Shown here: positions 22,632 to 31,892 of the stretch, in pieces
Position numbering within the stretch: the first letter of the stretch is position 1
Layout of the letters: every line of letters starts with the position of its first letter
Source of the DNA: a virus
Length of the DNA stretch: 41,691 nt
Virus record (IMG/VR): IMGVR_UViG_3300031983_000005
Coordinates: 1-41,691 of that record
Reading direction: 5' to 3' (one strand)
Made by a program: the position numbers and the translations under genes
The notes under the pieces: generated by a model
Database searches by the model: none
What the model saw: only the letters and a program-made list of their open reading frames with translations
What the model was told of the DNA's origin: nothing

Positions 22632-22989
22632 AGGCCGCCTTTTTAAATGGATTTGTCGGAAAAGTGACCATCGAGGGCGAATTCGCGAGCGCTTTCGCAT
22701 AACTAATGCCGGTCAACGGCGCGAATGCGATCATCAAGCCCTGAAATTGCTCCGGAGTGATAAATCCGGCGATCTGAGCGATCACCAATAAGCCGACGAC
22801 TACGCCGATCGTATAGGTGAGCCAGCCCTTTGAATCAATGAATTTTCTACCGGCTGCAGCGCTGCCAAATCCAAAAACCGCCGCGAATGTCCAGGCGACG
22901 GTCGAAATATCCGGCTTTAAAACGCCGAGCGCGATCGCGACCACGCAAAGGAAAAATCCGATATACGTAAAAATTGGTTTGTTAAACAT
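22630..22989 (-). CDS. Integral membrane protein (about 4 TM segments, 119 aa)
   Basis: Track ORF with four hydrophobic stretches. It lies inside the head-tail joining block. Confidence 0.7.
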   Translation of the reverse strand: MFNKPIFTYIGFFLCVVAIALGVLKPDISTVAWTFAAVFGFGSAAAGRKFIDSKGWLTYTIGVVVGLLVIAQIAGFITPEQFQGLMIAFAPLTGISYAKALANSPSMVTFPTNPFKKAA

Positions 22990-23010
22990 GAATAAGCCCT
23001 CCGTTTAGTG

Positions 23011-23409
23011 TTACAATTTAGACGCGAGTTTAATTAATTGCTCCGTCTGTTTTTCTAGTCTGCTGTTCGTCGCTTCGACTGTTTTCAGCACGTTCGCGCT
23101 GACGTTCTGCAGCGTGGCCAGGCTGACTATAAATTCTTCATAATGCTCTGTGTTTCGCTCGGCGACCTTGATTCCGCCGGCAATTTTATTATTCATATTG
23201 ACAAGAAATTCCTTGATATCGCCGACTTCCTCGTGTGTATTGGCGATCTGAGCCGTCGCTCCGGATTTGTCGAGCGAGCAAATTATAATTTTTTCCTGTT
23301 TCTCTGATGGATTTGACGGCCGGTTTTTAAGCCAATCAAAAACGATCTTTGAAATAATCGTACCCATGCCCAGGCTGAGCGCGATCGCTGAAATTATATT
23401 CGGATCCAT
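23011..23409 (-). CDS. Membrane-anchored coiled-coil protein (132 aa)
   Basis: Track ORF. N-terminal TM segment (IISAIALSLGMGTIISKIVF) followed by helical sequence. Confidence 0.7.
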   Translation of the reverse strand: MDPNIISAIALSLGMGTIISKIVFDWLKNRPSNPSEKQEKIIICSLDKSGATAQIANTHEEVGDIKEFLVNMNNKIAGGIKVAERNTEHYEEFIVSLATLQNVSANVLKTVEATNSRLEKQTEQLIKLASKL

Positions 23410-23417
23410 TTTCTGCT

Positions 23418-23615
23418 TTATCCCTCATTCACATTGTATTTTTTAACGCCTCTGAGCCGGTTCCAGATCTGCCGGCTTATTGCCCACTTGCGACGCGGAT
23501 CTTGCGGCGTCCTCGTACCGGTGAGGCTGTTTTCGACGGTATTCCTATAATACTCGTCATAATCAAAGATTTTTCCGTCAAATGAATCTTTGACCGGTGG
23601 TTGCTTGCTGCTCAT
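23418..23615 (-). CDS. Hypothetical small protein (65 aa)
   Basis: Track ORF. RBS is GAGAGGAAGGGCG before the ATG. Confidence 0.6.
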   Translation of the reverse strand: MSSKQPPVKDSFDGKIFDYDEYYRNTVENSLTGTRTPQDPRRKWAISRQIWNRLRGVKKYNVNEG

Positions 23616-23646
23616 CGCCCTTCCTCTCTCGTTTTAAACGTCCGGA

Positions 23647-23802
23647 TCACCACCGCGCGTGTGCTGCCTGTCCTTGTTTTCCGGCTTTCTTTTTAGCGCG
23701 ATCTCGCGCTTGTTTGTTGCCGCACTTATACCGATATTTTTTACCGGAAGATCCCCATCTTGCAAAGCAACCGCGCGAATCCTTACTTGTCCTTACTGGC
23801 AT
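23647..23802 (-). CDS. Small basic protein (51 aa), paralog of 23783..23962
   Basis: Manual ORF: MPVRTSKDSRGCFARWGSSGKKYRYKCGNKQARDRAKKKAGKQGQAAHARW. Shares a G..GKK.(Y/H).(Y/F)K.G motif with its neighbour. Confidence 0.45.
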   Translation of the reverse strand: MPVRTSKDSRGCFARWGSSGKKYRYKCGNKQARDRAKKKAGKQGQAAHARW

Positions 23803-23962
23803 TTTCCTTTTTCTCTTTTGCTCTGGCTTCGTGCATCTCTGCAGCGGCGGATCTCATCGCCTCGCCGCGTTCCCGACCGTTTTTAAAATAATGCTTTTTG
23901 CCAGTTTTCCCGAACCGAATAAACTCGCCGTCCTTGTCTTTTTTACGGAATATTCTGACCAT
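23783..23962 (-). CDS. Small basic protein (59 aa)
   Basis: Manual ORF just under the track cut-off: MVRIFRKKDKDGEFIRFGKTGKKHYFKNGRERGEAMRSAAAEMHEARAKEKKENASKDK. TAATATG junction with the upstream gene. Confidence 0.5.
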   Translation of the reverse strand: MVRIFRKKDKDGEFIRFGKTGKKHYFKNGRERGEAMRSAAAEMHEARAKEKKENASKDK

Positions 23963-23963
23963 A

Positions 23964-24170
23964 TTAAGGCGCCAGGGTGTCGCCGATATATCCGGCGTTT
24001 GGTGCGCTGATCATCGTCGTCTGTTTTCCGCTCGGTCCGTTCAACCTGCGGCGGACGCTTTCGAGCGGTCCGGGGATATCGCTCGCGCTGGCGCGGACGA
24101 CTGCCTTAAAAGCGCCTGGACTTGTGAAGCGCGCGCGCCTGGCGGTGGTGGTTAATTTGTATCGCGGCAT
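23964..24170 (-). CDS. Small basic protein (68 aa)
   Basis: Track ORF. GAGGGAG RBS 5 nt upstream of the ATG. Confidence 0.55.
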   Translation of the reverse strand: MPRYKLTTTARRARFTSPGAFKAVVRASASDIPGPLESVRRRLNGPSGKQTTMISAPNAGYIGDTLAP

Positions 24171-24172
24171 AA

Positions 24173-24529
24173 TTACTCCCTCAATAAAAGTTTTAAATCA
24201 AGGTGACTATTCGCGCCGGTCAGACGTGATAAAACTTCGATCACGTCGTATTCAGCGCCGTTAATTGTGAGGATATCGGAAAATATTACATCGCTTGCGG
24301 AAGGACAAAGGAATTTTTTAAGCGTTCGCCCCTCATACCGCTGCAGCAAATTAATCTCATTCGCGCTGACGGAATAAAGGTGGCCGCTTATTGTGGCGAT
24401 CGTGGACCGCGCCATTGTCTGGGCGCCGCCTGAATCAACTGAACCAGATAACCGCTCGACCGTTGCCGATGTGGTGAACCACTTTTCAATTTCGGACATT
24501 GACGAGATTCCTTCCCTTTGCTTTGACAA
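24173..24529 (-). CDS. Head closure / head-tail adaptor protein (start uncertain)
   Basis: Track ORF, 118 aa. Size, position after the gp6-like connector and sequence texture fit the Phage_H_T_join type. Confidence 0.6.
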   Translation of the reverse strand: MSKQREGISSMSEIEKWFTTSATVERLSGSVDSGGAQTMARSTIATISGHLYSVSANEINLLQRYEGRTLKKFLCPSASDVIFSDILTINGAEYDVIEVLSRLTGANSHLDLKLLLRE

Positions 24530-25127
24530 ATTTCGGTCGCATATAAGGGCGGATTTCAGACTTGTAAGCGTCTTTCCAGTCTTTCAGTTTATCAGATACT
24601 TTTCGATCGTATGTAATTGTATAATCACCGACTTTTTCGCTCTTTGTGAATTCAGCGGAATTGATATCCTCGGGTCGCTGAATCCTGTCGCCGATTATAC
24701 TGGCCGCCACGCTCTGTAGCGGTTTCGGCCATTTGACCAGGATCACGTAAGCCGAATATTCAGTCGTTTCGGGAATGATCAACGGGTTTCCGGCCAGGTC
24801 AATAATCGTTTCGGTGAGCGCTTTTATAGAGTAAAAGCCGTCATTATTAGCCGAGCCGGTGACGTAAAAATCCATATTAACGCCAAACCCCTCGGTGACA
24901 AATTGCGCTCCGGTGAGGGTTATTTTGGCCGGCGTCGTGGCGTCTGTCGCCGCTGTAAAAACTAACTGGCCGCCCTGGTTGATATGCTCGACTAAAAATT
25001 TATTATTTGTATAATCGGTGATCCATTCCTGAACGATCGGTAAATATTCAAGGATCTGATTGTCGTTTGTTGTGTCTGTGTCTGCGATTCCTAAAAGCGT
25101 CTTGACCTGTTTAAGCGTTGTAATCAT
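24486..25127 (-). CDS. gp6-like head-tail connector protein with C-terminal extension
   Basis: Track ORF, 213 aa. The N-terminus ITTLKQVKTLLGIADTDTTNDNQILEYLPIVQEWITDYTNN is the typical gp6-like connector signature. Confidence 0.7.
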   Translation of the reverse strand: MITTLKQVKTLLGIADTDTTNDNQILEYLPIVQEWITDYTNNKFLVEHINQGGQLVFTAATDATTPAKITLTGAQFVTEGFGVNMDFYVTGSANNDGFYSIKALTETIIDLAGNPLIIPETTEYSAYVILVKWPKPLQSVAASIIGDRIQRPEDINSAEFTKSEKVGDYTITYDRKVSDKLKDWKDAYKSEIRPYMRPKFVKAKGRNLVNVRN

Positions 25128-25129
25128 TT

Positions 25130-25561
25130 CTAAGCCTCCGGATCTGTTTTTGCATCCTCATCTTTGGCCGGATTTCCGTCGGCTGTTTTCTCGGTGTCGT
25201 CTGCAGGCGGAAGCGGTTCCTCGCCCTCGGTTTTCGTTTCTTCCTCGGTCTGTTTCAGTTCGTCTGCAGGCGGATCGATCGCCGCTGGATCTTCCGCTTT
25301 TTTCGCTTCCGGTTCTTTGCTCGCGTCTTTGTTCACCGCCGGATCATTGACCATATCGCCGAACGTCATCGTTGTCATTTCCAGTAATTGAGCGATCGTT
25401 TTCAGTTTCGGATCTGCGATGGTGATCCCTTTGTTCTTTTTTAGCCAGGCGATCAGTTCGGATTTGGTGTATTTTGAGAGCGGCTTTTTGCCCTTTTTCC
25501 TGGCTGCATCTTTTTTCTTTGCGGCGATCCGGCGCGCTCTGTTAAATGCTGCTAAACCCAT
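25130..25561 (-). CDS. Head-module protein with N-terminal basic HeH/Rho-N-like motif and acidic low-complexity tail
   Basis: Track ORF, 143 aa. Contains KYTKSELIAWLKKNKGI and then a Pro/Glu/Asp/Lys-rich tail. Confidence 0.65.
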   Translation of the reverse strand: MGLAAFNRARRIAAKKKDAARKKGKKPLSKYTKSELIAWLKKNKGITIADPKLKTIAQLLEMTTMTFGDMVNDPAVNKDASKEPEAKKAEDPAAIDPPADELKQTEEETKTEGEEPLPPADDTEKTADGNPAKDEDAKTDPEA

Positions 25562-25584
25562 ATTGATACCTCTTAATTTTAAGC

Positions 25585-25669
25585 GATAAAATTCAGGCGT
25601 CAGGACTTGGGAAAAAGTCGAATAAGGGCTTAATCAAAATCGACCTGGTGCTCCACCAGACGCCTGAAT
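25585..25669 (-). terminator. Large-loop hairpin plus U-tract downstream of the major capsid gene (terminator or processing candidate)
   Basis: 11-bp stem at 25591-25601 / 25659-25669. Inner hairpin CTGGTG-ctc-CACCAG at 25645-25659. The minus-strand transcript continues UUUUAU. Confidence 0.5.
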
Positions 25670-25689
25670 CAAGGTTTAAGATCCGCCGC

Positions 25690-26730
25690 TTAGTTTGTGA
25701 CAAGTGCGGCCAATCTTACATTTTTACGATCGTAAACCCGATCCCAGTTTGTAGCCAGGGCAAGATTTGCATTCGATGGGGTTGCGCCGGTGACGGTCGT
25801 ATCTTGCCATGCGATGCCGCGCGGATGGAGGACAATATGCCAACGATTTATGACCAGGTCGTCACCTTGCAGTGAATCCCTGTCCACTTCTGCCGGATAC
25901 TTGGGTTGTCCGTTACCGAGGGCGACCGCTCCGTTTCCGTACAAATAGGTGGTATATTTAAAACCGTCTGTCGATCCGGCCACTACCGGCATTGAATCAT
26001 CGACAATCACGCGACGGCCTAAATAGGTGGGAATAATCAGGGCGCCAGCGGATGCCGGTCCTTGACCTTGACTTAATCCGACCACGTTTCCGGCTACGTC
26101 TACATAAACGATTTGATCCTGTTTTTGTAACCTGGCGAACATGGCGGAGTGCATACTCATCGCGACGATTTTTTCCCATGCATCGCCCATGGTTCCGGTG
26201 ATTGCATCGATCACCGCGTTCGTACCCATTACGGTTTCATCCGTCTGTGATGCTATCGCTTCAACCGCGATATCGTTGACCATGTCGCCGGAATCATTCG
26301 CGACATTGTCGGCTATTACGCCGGCTAAAATATTAATTAAACTGGCTTGCATGGCACGACTGCGATAATCGGCGAACCGCTGGGCGATCACTTCAACCGG
26401 ATCTGATCCGGCGAATGCTGCCGCGAGATCGTTACCGCCGAACGCTTTTCCTCTGCCTAATAATACGGCCACGTCCTGACCAGCGATAATTGGATCAACG
26501 CCGAGCGGGGTCGTGTCGGATAAAACTTCATCGGGATAAGTTGCGATATCGAGGTCGTTCCAAAAGGGCATATTTATAGTCTTTCCACCGGTGGTGGCTA
26601 AGACGTCAAACTCGGGTGCGGGATTAACCGCTCCGCCCATCAATAAGGCGAATTTTTCCGTCGATAATTGCGTCACGTATGGCGCGAAAACTTCTGGAAC
26701 TATGACGTTGGTTACTCTTGTGGGAGGCAT
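25690..26730 (-). CDS. Major capsid protein
   Basis: Track ORF, 346 aa. Strong RBS AAGGAGTTAAATATG. It follows the scaffold gene. The sequence texture is typical of HK97-fold capsid proteins. Confidence 0.8.
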   Translation of the reverse strand: MPPTRVTNVIVPEVFAPYVTQLSTEKFALLMGGAVNPAPEFDVLATTGGKTINMPFWNDLDIATYPDEVLSDTTPLGVDPIIAGQDVAVLLGRGKAFGGNDLAAAFAGSDPVEVIAQRFADYRSRAMQASLINILAGVIADNVANDSGDMVNDIAVEAIASQTDETVMGTNAVIDAITGTMGDAWEKIVAMSMHSAMFARLQKQDQIVYVDVAGNVVGLSQGQGPASAGALIIPTYLGRRVIVDDSMPVVAGSTDGFKYTTYLYGNGAVALGNGQPKYPAEVDRDSLQGDDLVINRWHIVLHPRGIAWQDTTVTGATPSNANLALATNWDRVYDRKNVRLAALVTN

Positions 26731-26742
26731 ATTTAACTCCTT

Positions 26743-27438
26743 TTATTCTGTAAGTTTACCCCTCGCCACCGCTTTCTTTCTTAACTGCTTATATAATTCA
26801 TTATTTGCAGTATAGAGTTCCATTTGCTCGGTTACATTCCAATGTTCGTCGGAAAATGGATCTTTAAAATCGGGATCGCCGTCCGTGATCTTGTGACCAG
26901 GTTCGCGAGGCGTCAATTTTTCCTTGATCGCTGCCTCGACGATCGCGTTGATTCCGGTTTCCAACATCATAATATTTGCAAGCGTTTGTTCCTCATCGTC
27001 ACCGATAAGCCGGTCCGATAAGTCCACTAATGGATTAAATTTAGCGGCGCTCAGTTTAGTGACGACCACCTTTGAAAGGCGGTCTTTTTTGCCTTGTTTT
27101 TCGAGCTTTTTAATTCGCTCATCTTGTTCACGAATTCTTTTTTGCTCCGGAGTTTCTTCCGGATTCAGTTCCTTAACTTTGGCATCCACCTGTTCGGTGA
27201 TAAGCCCTGGCATGGTTTTTTCCTTAAACGTGTCGATTGCCTTGCTTGCGACGCGGTCGGTTTCCTTTTTATAAAGTGGTTTTCCGGCGTCTGACAATAA
27301 AAATGTGATCCCGTCCTCGGTCTTAATAAATTCGAGTGCGTAGTCCGATAAGTATTTTTTTGCATCCTTATCGTCGACCTTTGTTTTGAACCATTCCTCA
27401 ATATCTTTGAGGGTTAATTCTTTTAAATCGATGGGCAT
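26743..27438 (-). CDS. Scaffolding protein
   Basis: Track ORF, 231 aa. Highly charged and helical, located between the head morphogenesis and capsid genes. Confidence 0.7.
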   Translation of the reverse strand: MPIDLKELTLKDIEEWFKTKVDDKDAKKYLSDYALEFIKTEDGITFLLSDAGKPLYKKETDRVASKAIDTFKEKTMPGLITEQVDAKVKELNPEETPEQKRIREQDERIKKLEKQGKKDRLSKVVVTKLSAAKFNPLVDLSDRLIGDDEEQTLANIMMLETGINAIVEAAIKEKLTPREPGHKITDGDPDFKDPFSDEHWNVTEQMELYTANNELYKQLRKKAVARGKLTE

Positions 27439-27498
27439 GATTTTGTCCTCTTAGTTTTATGGCCTGAGAGTGTCTACTTTTCCGGAATATAATAAATT

Positions 27499-28476
27499 TT
27501 ATGCTGCATTAATGATATTTTTTTTCTTGAGGTAGTTTTTGAACGTCACATATTCAGTCGTCCGGTCCTCGATTTGAATCCTGCGTTTGTCTGGAATCTT
27601 GTCATTAATCCGGCTGCCGGTAGTGCATCTGCAATGAATATCCATCTTTGCGACGCCGAATAATCCAGGCGCCGGACCGATATATCCGCAAACGTGAAAT
27701 AAGCCGTCCGGTTCTTTATCTTCACCGTCCGCGTCGATATGACAGGACCGCGTCCGGTCGTCGATCGTGGAGATCCAAAATTCGATCATTTCGATTCCGA
27801 ATTTCTCGGCGGCTTTTGCGGCTTTTTCAAAACTGACCAGGCGACCGGCGGAGAACGCCCGATGTGCCTCAGTGCGGATCACTCGATCTGCCTTAAAACT
27901 GGCTTTTTTCGTCGTGTCTTTTAGCGCTTTCGTCATTTGTGGATAGGAATCACCTTGAGCAATGCCCCGGGTGATAGTGGAACGAGTGTTGATTAAATAC
28001 CGTGCGATATTGTTTTTATTATTGTCGCGCCAGCCGATCAAGTCATATTTATTACTCACCGCTGCAGCGAGCGCCTCCCGTTTGATCTGAGTGAACCCTA
28101 AGTCGATACCGAACGACGTTTCGCTTTGCCAACCCAGGCCATAATAGCCGATTGTGGCCGCGTCCGCGTTTGCCTTTGTGATCAGCGTTGACGTTCCTGG
28201 TACCAGGGAACCGACGATTTTCGTCATTTCCTTTTGAACCCTGATAAGCCTGTTATACCGGAACATTTCCGCGACCGTTAATTCATCGCCAAAATCGCGG
28301 AAGATCCGGGCGATTATTTTATCGATCTCGACATAACTGGCCACATAAGCCGCTTGAAGCCGGCGCCGGTGTTTATTAGTTATCGCCTCATAAAAATTAA
28401 AATTTGTATTGCCCAGGCGAATTAATGCGTCATTAATTGCTTGCAGTGATGCCAAGTTTTTGTAACTCCTCGTCAA
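27499..28476 (-). CDS. Minor head / head morphogenesis protein (SPP1 gp7 / Mu F family)
   Basis: Track ORF, 325 aa. Has the RVIRTEAHRAF motif and a C-terminal Cys/His cluster ending in HCRC. Confidence 0.8.
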   Translation of the reverse strand: MTRSYKNLASLQAINDALIRLGNTNFNFYEAITNKHRRRLQAAYVASYVEIDKIIARIFRDFGDELTVAEMFRYNRLIRVQKEMTKIVGSLVPGTSTLITKANADAATIGYYGLGWQSETSFGIDLGFTQIKREALAAAVSNKYDLIGWRDNNKNNIARYLINTRSTITRGIAQGDSYPQMTKALKDTTKKASFKADRVIRTEAHRAFSAGRLVSFEKAAKAAEKFGIEMIEFWISTIDDRTRSCHIDADGEDKEPDGLFHVCGYIGPAPGLFGVAKMDIHCRCTTGSRINDKIPDKRRIQIEDRTTEYVTFKNYLKKKNIINAA

Positions 28477-29857
28477 ACATTGTGTTCGCTTCCTCGTTCA
28501 TCCGGATTATTTCGTTGATCGGATTGTCTACAAATGACAATAATCCAAGGCGTGTTTCCTCGCTGACGTTGCCCTTTAATTTCGATGTAGTTTCAGCTTC
28601 ATGGAGTAAGTCGGCTGGTAGATTCGGGGTGAATTGCATCTTTAGGAATTCGGGTTCAAACTGAATGGTGAACATTTTCCAGTGGGTATTTATGACCTCA
28701 AACATCTTTTTTGTAGCGAGTTCAAATTCGCGTTCCTTGTTCATAGCGTCGTCGGTGAGCGTTTTCAGTTTCCACTTGCGCGATTCGCCGCTTTCTCCGG
28801 AACCGCTGAATTTCTCGTCACTCATATCGACCGCTTTGGCGAAGCGATAAGCGTCATTCCTGAGCCTGTTTAAAACATTTTCCACGAATTCGGATTGCAT
28901 CTCTTTTGTAAGCCATTCGGCTTTGCCCTCGGCGTCCATTTCGAGGCCGCCTTGCTCTTTCATTTTCTGCAGCGTGTCGTCGTCTAAACTGACGCCATAA
29001 AATATCAAATATGCCAGGCGGAAAGCCTCCAATTCGTCGATGTTATTCGATTGGATCAGATCGTATGAATTTACAATTTCGCGGACCTTTTCAAAATCGC
29101 CTTGCCGCTCCGGCTTGTTCGGGAATTCGAGCAAAGGAACCATTTTAAAATGATGCTGCTCTTTTGGCTTTTCTTTGTCTAACTCAAAAACCTCGTTCAC
29201 TTCGTTATAAAAATAGACGAATTGATCATCGTACCATTCGACGCGAGTGTATTCGTCCTCGACTGATCCGTCGGTCGCCATGTGCTGCATTTTATAATAA
29301 ATCATAGCAAAAACGACGGTATCGATCGTCGCGTCTTTTATGAAAATCGTTTCCCATGGATCATAGTGCATCGTTCGGACTTCTTTATTTCCATCGATAT
29401 ATAAAAGCCGGCTGGCCGATCCACAAATTGAACCGATCTGGCCGGTCCTGTTATCGAGGGATTGAAGTTGATTCTTTGTGACGAATTTGGCGACGTTTTT
29501 GGTTGCGGTTTTCCAGGCTTCGGTTTTCTTGCCTTTTTCTGGACTCTCGTCCTCTGCGTAGGGCGCTGAATCAACTGTGTACGTTATAGGATTTCCGAAC
29601 GAATAGCCGGTTTTCTGATCCACAATTTCGCCGCGAAAATCATGAGGTAGGCAATTATTGACGCCGTCGTCGGCTGCCGGCTTTTTTTCGAGGATGGGAA
29701 CCCGACCTTTATATTCGCCATAAAGTTGTTTCATTTTTTCATGCCGGTCATTATGGGTAGCGATTAAATCCTTGATCATCGAGGACGCGACCAGGTCCTT
29801 CGATTTCTGCAGGTGTTTTAAAATCGCCTCTTTTGTCCAGGTTAAAGTTTCAGCCAT
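28433..29857 (-). CDS. Portal protein (SPP1 Gp6-like)
   Basis: Track ORF, 474 aa. Position after TerL and an N-terminal region typical of SPP1-type portals. Confidence 0.85.
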   Translation of the reverse strand: MAETLTWTKEAILKHLQKSKDLVASSMIKDLIATHNDRHEKMKQLYGEYKGRVPILEKKPAADDGVNNCLPHDFRGEIVDQKTGYSFGNPITYTVDSAPYAEDESPEKGKKTEAWKTATKNVAKFVTKNQLQSLDNRTGQIGSICGSASRLLYIDGNKEVRTMHYDPWETIFIKDATIDTVVFAMIYYKMQHMATDGSVEDEYTRVEWYDDQFVYFYNEVNEVFELDKEKPKEQHHFKMVPLLEFPNKPERQGDFEKVREIVNSYDLIQSNNIDELEAFRLAYLIFYGVSLDDDTLQKMKEQGGLEMDAEGKAEWLTKEMQSEFVENVLNRLRNDAYRFAKAVDMSDEKFSGSGESGESRKWKLKTLTDDAMNKEREFELATKKMFEVINTHWKMFTIQFEPEFLKMQFTPNLPADLLHEAETTSKLKGNVSEETRLGLLSFVDNPINEIIRMNEEANTMFDEELQKLGITASN

Positions 29858-29870
29858 TTTATAAGCCTCC

Positions 29871-29975
29871 CTAATTATTATAAATATTGATTACAAAAGT
29901 GATGCCGGTGTGAGGATCTTCATAAACATATCTTGAGATCTCAAAAATTGCATAGAAGTCAATTTTGCCGTCCAT
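29871..29975 (-). CDS. Possible small protein between TerL and portal (34 aa)
   Basis: Manual ORF: MDGKIDFYAIFEISRYVYEDPHTGITFVINIYNN. Its ATG overlaps the TerL stop (TAATG), and it ends just before the portal RBS. Confidence 0.35.
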   Translation of the reverse strand: MDGKIDFYAIFEISRYVYEDPHTGITFVINIYNN

Positions 29976-31447
29976 TATATGAACCTCTTGAACGCTTTAG
30001 CGGTCCGCTTGCCAGTCATTTCCTCGGCCACCCCTGTGAGTGCATCCGGAGCGTCGTCGCGTTCGTTCTTTTTTTGTTCTTCTTTGGTGTATGCTGTCAG
30101 ATCCGCGTAAAATCTTGACCAGCGACTTTTCCAGTCGACCGGCATTATTATATTTTCCTGGCACCAGGCCGACCAGGTGAAGATCCGGACCTCTTTATTC
30201 ATGGATTGATGGAACCATTTTATGACGGTGGAAGTGTGGTGGAAAACATCTTTTAGGATTCGTTTGACGTTTCGCGCGTACCCTCGGCCGGCGCCATTTG
30301 ATTCAAATTTTGCGATTTTGACGTCGTATTCGACCAGTTGTTCGGCGTTTCTGGGTTCGGTGACTTCCATCGGTTCGCCCGAATAATAGACGTCCAGAAT
30401 ATACGCCTTTCCGGAATAGGTTCCATAAATTATTGAACAAAGCCAGTCGTCGCCGGTGTCGGCGCTGTCAATATAGGCCGCGACGCGCTCGAAAATGACG
30501 CGTCCAGCGTCGTCGGTGGGAAAGGCACTATATGTATTAAAGTGCTTAAATAGGCTGCCAGTTTCAGTTATAGCGCGCTGGTGGTAGTTTGCTGAGAATA
30601 TCGCGGGGTCCATGAGGTGCTTGATCTCGAAATATTTCTTTTTGCTGAGGAAATGAGATTCGAGCATTTCGTCAGTCGCTTCATCATAAGCCTCGCGTGA
30701 AAATGTGTACCAATCTTTCGCGCTTTCCTCGTCGTCGTCCAACCGGCCGCAAAAATCGAATTTTGACCAGCGCGTCATTACAATAATATCAAGCCCCTCG
30801 TCACCTGGCTCGATGCGGCTTAAAAATGTCGACGTATACCACAACCACAATTTATCAAGGTGTCGGGTGTTGTAAGCCTCGAAAGCGCCTTTGACCGGAT
30901 CGTCGATCATCCGGATCGTGCCGCCTTTACCGGTTATAGATCCGCCGATGCCAGCCCCTAAATATGAGAAATGTTCACCGGCCAGCGCCCACTTTTCATA
31001 ACTGGCCTGGCCGCGTTTGATTTTAGTGCCTGGAAAAATGTCGCTGAATACGATATCATAGGGATCGTTTTTTGTGGCTGTGATCCCATCTCTGGCGAAG
31101 CGACTGAATTCGTGAGCAGTATCATCGTTATAGGATGCGGTGATTATTCGTTCGTGATTGTTGATTCCGTGGCACCAATTACAAAAGTGAACCAGCGTCC
31201 GCGTTTTGGAGTGGCGCGGCGGCATATTGATTTTGATTTTGGTGTATGGATCGCCGTTGTCTTTTAAGAGTTTCCGGAAATAGAAATTTTCGAGGGTATT
31301 ACAAAAATCGACCAGGAGCGGACGTTCCTCGATATACCATCCGGGATCAACCGCTCTGCAATAATCAAAAAATCCGGATCTCGCGAGTTGGATCTTCGCG
31401 ACGGTCCGGAATGATTCGAGTTCAAGGGGTCTTAGGCGTGTTGTCAT
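29975..31447 (-). CDS. terL: Terminase large subunit
   Basis: Track ORF, 490 aa. Walker A-like PPRHSKT, Walker B-like IRMIDD, and an MTRW coupling motif, followed by a nuclease domain. Confidence 0.9.
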   Translation of the reverse strand: MTTRLRPLELESFRTVAKIQLARSGFFDYCRAVDPGWYIEERPLLVDFCNTLENFYFRKLLKDNGDPYTKIKINMPPRHSKTRTLVHFCNWCHGINNHERIITASYNDDTAHEFSRFARDGITATKNDPYDIVFSDIFPGTKIKRGQASYEKWALAGEHFSYLGAGIGGSITGKGGTIRMIDDPVKGAFEAYNTRHLDKLWLWYTSTFLSRIEPGDEGLDIIVMTRWSKFDFCGRLDDDEESAKDWYTFSREAYDEATDEMLESHFLSKKKYFEIKHLMDPAIFSANYHQRAITETGSLFKHFNTYSAFPTDDAGRVIFERVAAYIDSADTGDDWLCSIIYGTYSGKAYILDVYYSGEPMEVTEPRNAEQLVEYDVKIAKFESNGAGRGYARNVKRILKDVFHHTSTVIKWFHQSMNKEVRIFTWSAWCQENIIMPVDWKSRWSRFYADLTAYTKEEQKKNERDDAPDALTGVAEEMTGKRTAKAFKRFI

Positions 31448-31871
31448 TTTTGCTTTTTGGCTTTGGCTTCGTTTTCTTTTTTACATAGCCAGCCAGCACT
31501 CGCAATTCATCGAGTGGAAGCGCGTTCAGTTTATCCCAATCCACCTCAGAAAATGGACTGACCTCGATCGGTTGCGTGATTTTGCCCTCGGTCCGCTCGG
31601 CTATAAATTCGATTGCCCAGGCGCCACCTTTCAGGGCGTGGACGTATGTCATGCGGATTGCTGCCTCCAACATTGTCATGTTTGCCGCTTTCGGAAATAT
31701 CTCTGCAGCGCTTTCGACGATGGATTTCGGTAATTTTTCGGCGCCGATTTTCCGTAAGATATCCCCGATCGTTTTAACCTTGGGTGGCCGGCCTTTTGGA
31801 TTCCTCGATGGTTCGCCCTTTTGCGCCGGTTTCAAATTGGCTAAACTTTTCGGATTCATTTGTTTCGCCAT
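31422..31871 (-). CDS. terS: Terminase small subunit
   Basis: Track ORF, 149 aa. The N-terminus NPKSLANLKPAQKGEPSRNPKGRPPK is typical of small terminases. It overlaps the terL start. Confidence 0.75.
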   Translation of the reverse strand: MAKQMNPKSLANLKPAQKGEPSRNPKGRPPKVKTIGDILRKIGAEKLPKSIVESAAEIFPKAANMTMLEAAIRMTYVHALKGGAWAIEFIAERTEGKITQPIEVSPFSEVDWDKLNALPLDELRVLAGYVKKKTKPKPKSKNDNTPKTP

Positions 31872-31892
31872 CTTAAATCCTCTTAGTTTATC

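Noticed and set aside
23597-24264. Plus-strand ORFs 23597..24010, 23659..23886, 23898..24155 and 23977..24264
   Set aside because: Their composition is Cys/Arg/Phe/Leu-rich and not protein-like, they overlap one another, and they run antisense to a tightly coupled series of minus-strand genes that have RBSs. They are artefacts of the local high GC.
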